Under the pieces are notes generated by a model. That model saw only the letters and a list, made by a program, of their open reading frames with translations, was not told where the DNA came from and made no database searches. Of a DNA stretch of 64,000 nt, positions 63,085-64,000 are shown piece after piece. Source of the stretch: Octopus vulgaris (Eukaryota); the NCBI GenBank assembly GCA_951406725.2, contig OX597822.1, positions 18,786,001-18,850,000 on the forward strand, in the 5' to 3' direction. The position numbers and the translations under genes were made by a program. Position 1 is the first letter of the stretch. Each line of letters opens with the position of its first letter.

Positions 63085-63735
63085 CCAGTGATAAGGCTTC
63101 TACATGGATGCTCACCTTGTTAGAAATAGTAGTCAAATATCCCTCAAACCACATCTTGGTATCTTAATGGATGCATAGACACAGGTAAAAACTTTTACTG
63201 GAAAATATAATAGGTTGTTTATGGTTTGAGTGGCATTAATCATAGGTGTTGCTTGATCAGGCCTGACTTAGGGTTAAACATGAACAACAATAACAACTAC
63301 AACCACCAAGGGACAAAAAAACACTAGAAGCCTCCACATGGTGACTTGATAACCATGAAATAGCAACCAATTCTTCCTCAATGACAACCTAATGTCCTTT
63401 TTTTAAGGATACATTGGATAATGTAGTCCTAGATAAACTGTACCTATGAAAAGATAAGATGATCAGACTGGAGTGCCATAGGTCTGCTCAGTAAGGGAAT
63501 GCCTGTGGCTATACAGCAATTCCTACCACTGATGGATCTTCTAGATAGACATCTACTAGAACAAACAGCAAAATTTTCCTCAAATTACACTTTACTGTCT
63601 CAAAAAAAAATATGATGCATTGAATAATGTAGTCCAGGGTGTACTATACCTAGTAAAAAGAAGTCTGGTAATGGCTGGAATGTTGCTGTTGGTCAAAGAT
63701 CTACTGGACTGGGTCCAGTTTGGGGCGAAACCACA
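63085..63735. repeat. Three degenerate tandem copies of a ~200-240-bp interspersed repeat
   Basis: Recurring blocks gaaatagc..caaat.tcctcaa, gat(a/g)cattg(g/a)ataatgtagtcc and ggctggaatg; an inverted fragment lies at ~26960-26990. Confidence 0.55.
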
Positions 63736-64000
63736 ACTGTCATCACAATTACCAAACAAAAGTGGAAAGTGTGTATAATTGAATGTTTTCCATTTTTGTC
63801 TTTGAAAGTGTTAAGCCTCCAATAACAGAAAAGTAGTTGATGTTGTTTAAGTCTTAAAGTTAGAACCACTTCTCACTGATTTCAAGAATTTCTTGTCACA
63901 TAATATTCTTGCTTTTCTTCTTTATGATTTTTTAAAAACTTTTAATTCTTGCCCATAAATTATATTATACACAACTGAGAAAGTCAATTCTGGAGCAATG

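Overview
AT-rich, microsatellite-dense animal genomic DNA. The repeat landscape looks like an octopus/cephalopod genome; this is an inference from repeat style, not a database match. The window is almost entirely non-coding and probably lies within large introns: only one plausible host exon was found (20924-21039, + strand, unidentified product). Most ORFs in the track come from simple repeats or decayed transposons. Recognisable elements: a near full-length but disabled Tx1-clade non-LTR retrotransposon (41575-47471, -) embedded in (AAT)n; two stacked R4/Dong-like fragments ending in (TAA)n; many RTE-clade fragments, including a C2H2-finger-tailed piece associated with (TATG)n; a decayed full-length mariner; a fold-back mariner derivative; non-autonomous Helitron/Helentron, hAT, pogo and piggyBac-like elements; tRNA-derived SINEs; Penelope-like repeats with degenerate hammerhead ribozyme motifs; and a G-rich 156-bp tandem array. 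The most notable patterns are the pile-up of different retroelements on one AAT microsatellite, the hammerhead remnants and several long inverted repeats. All calls were made by eye; boundaries of degenerate elements are approximate.
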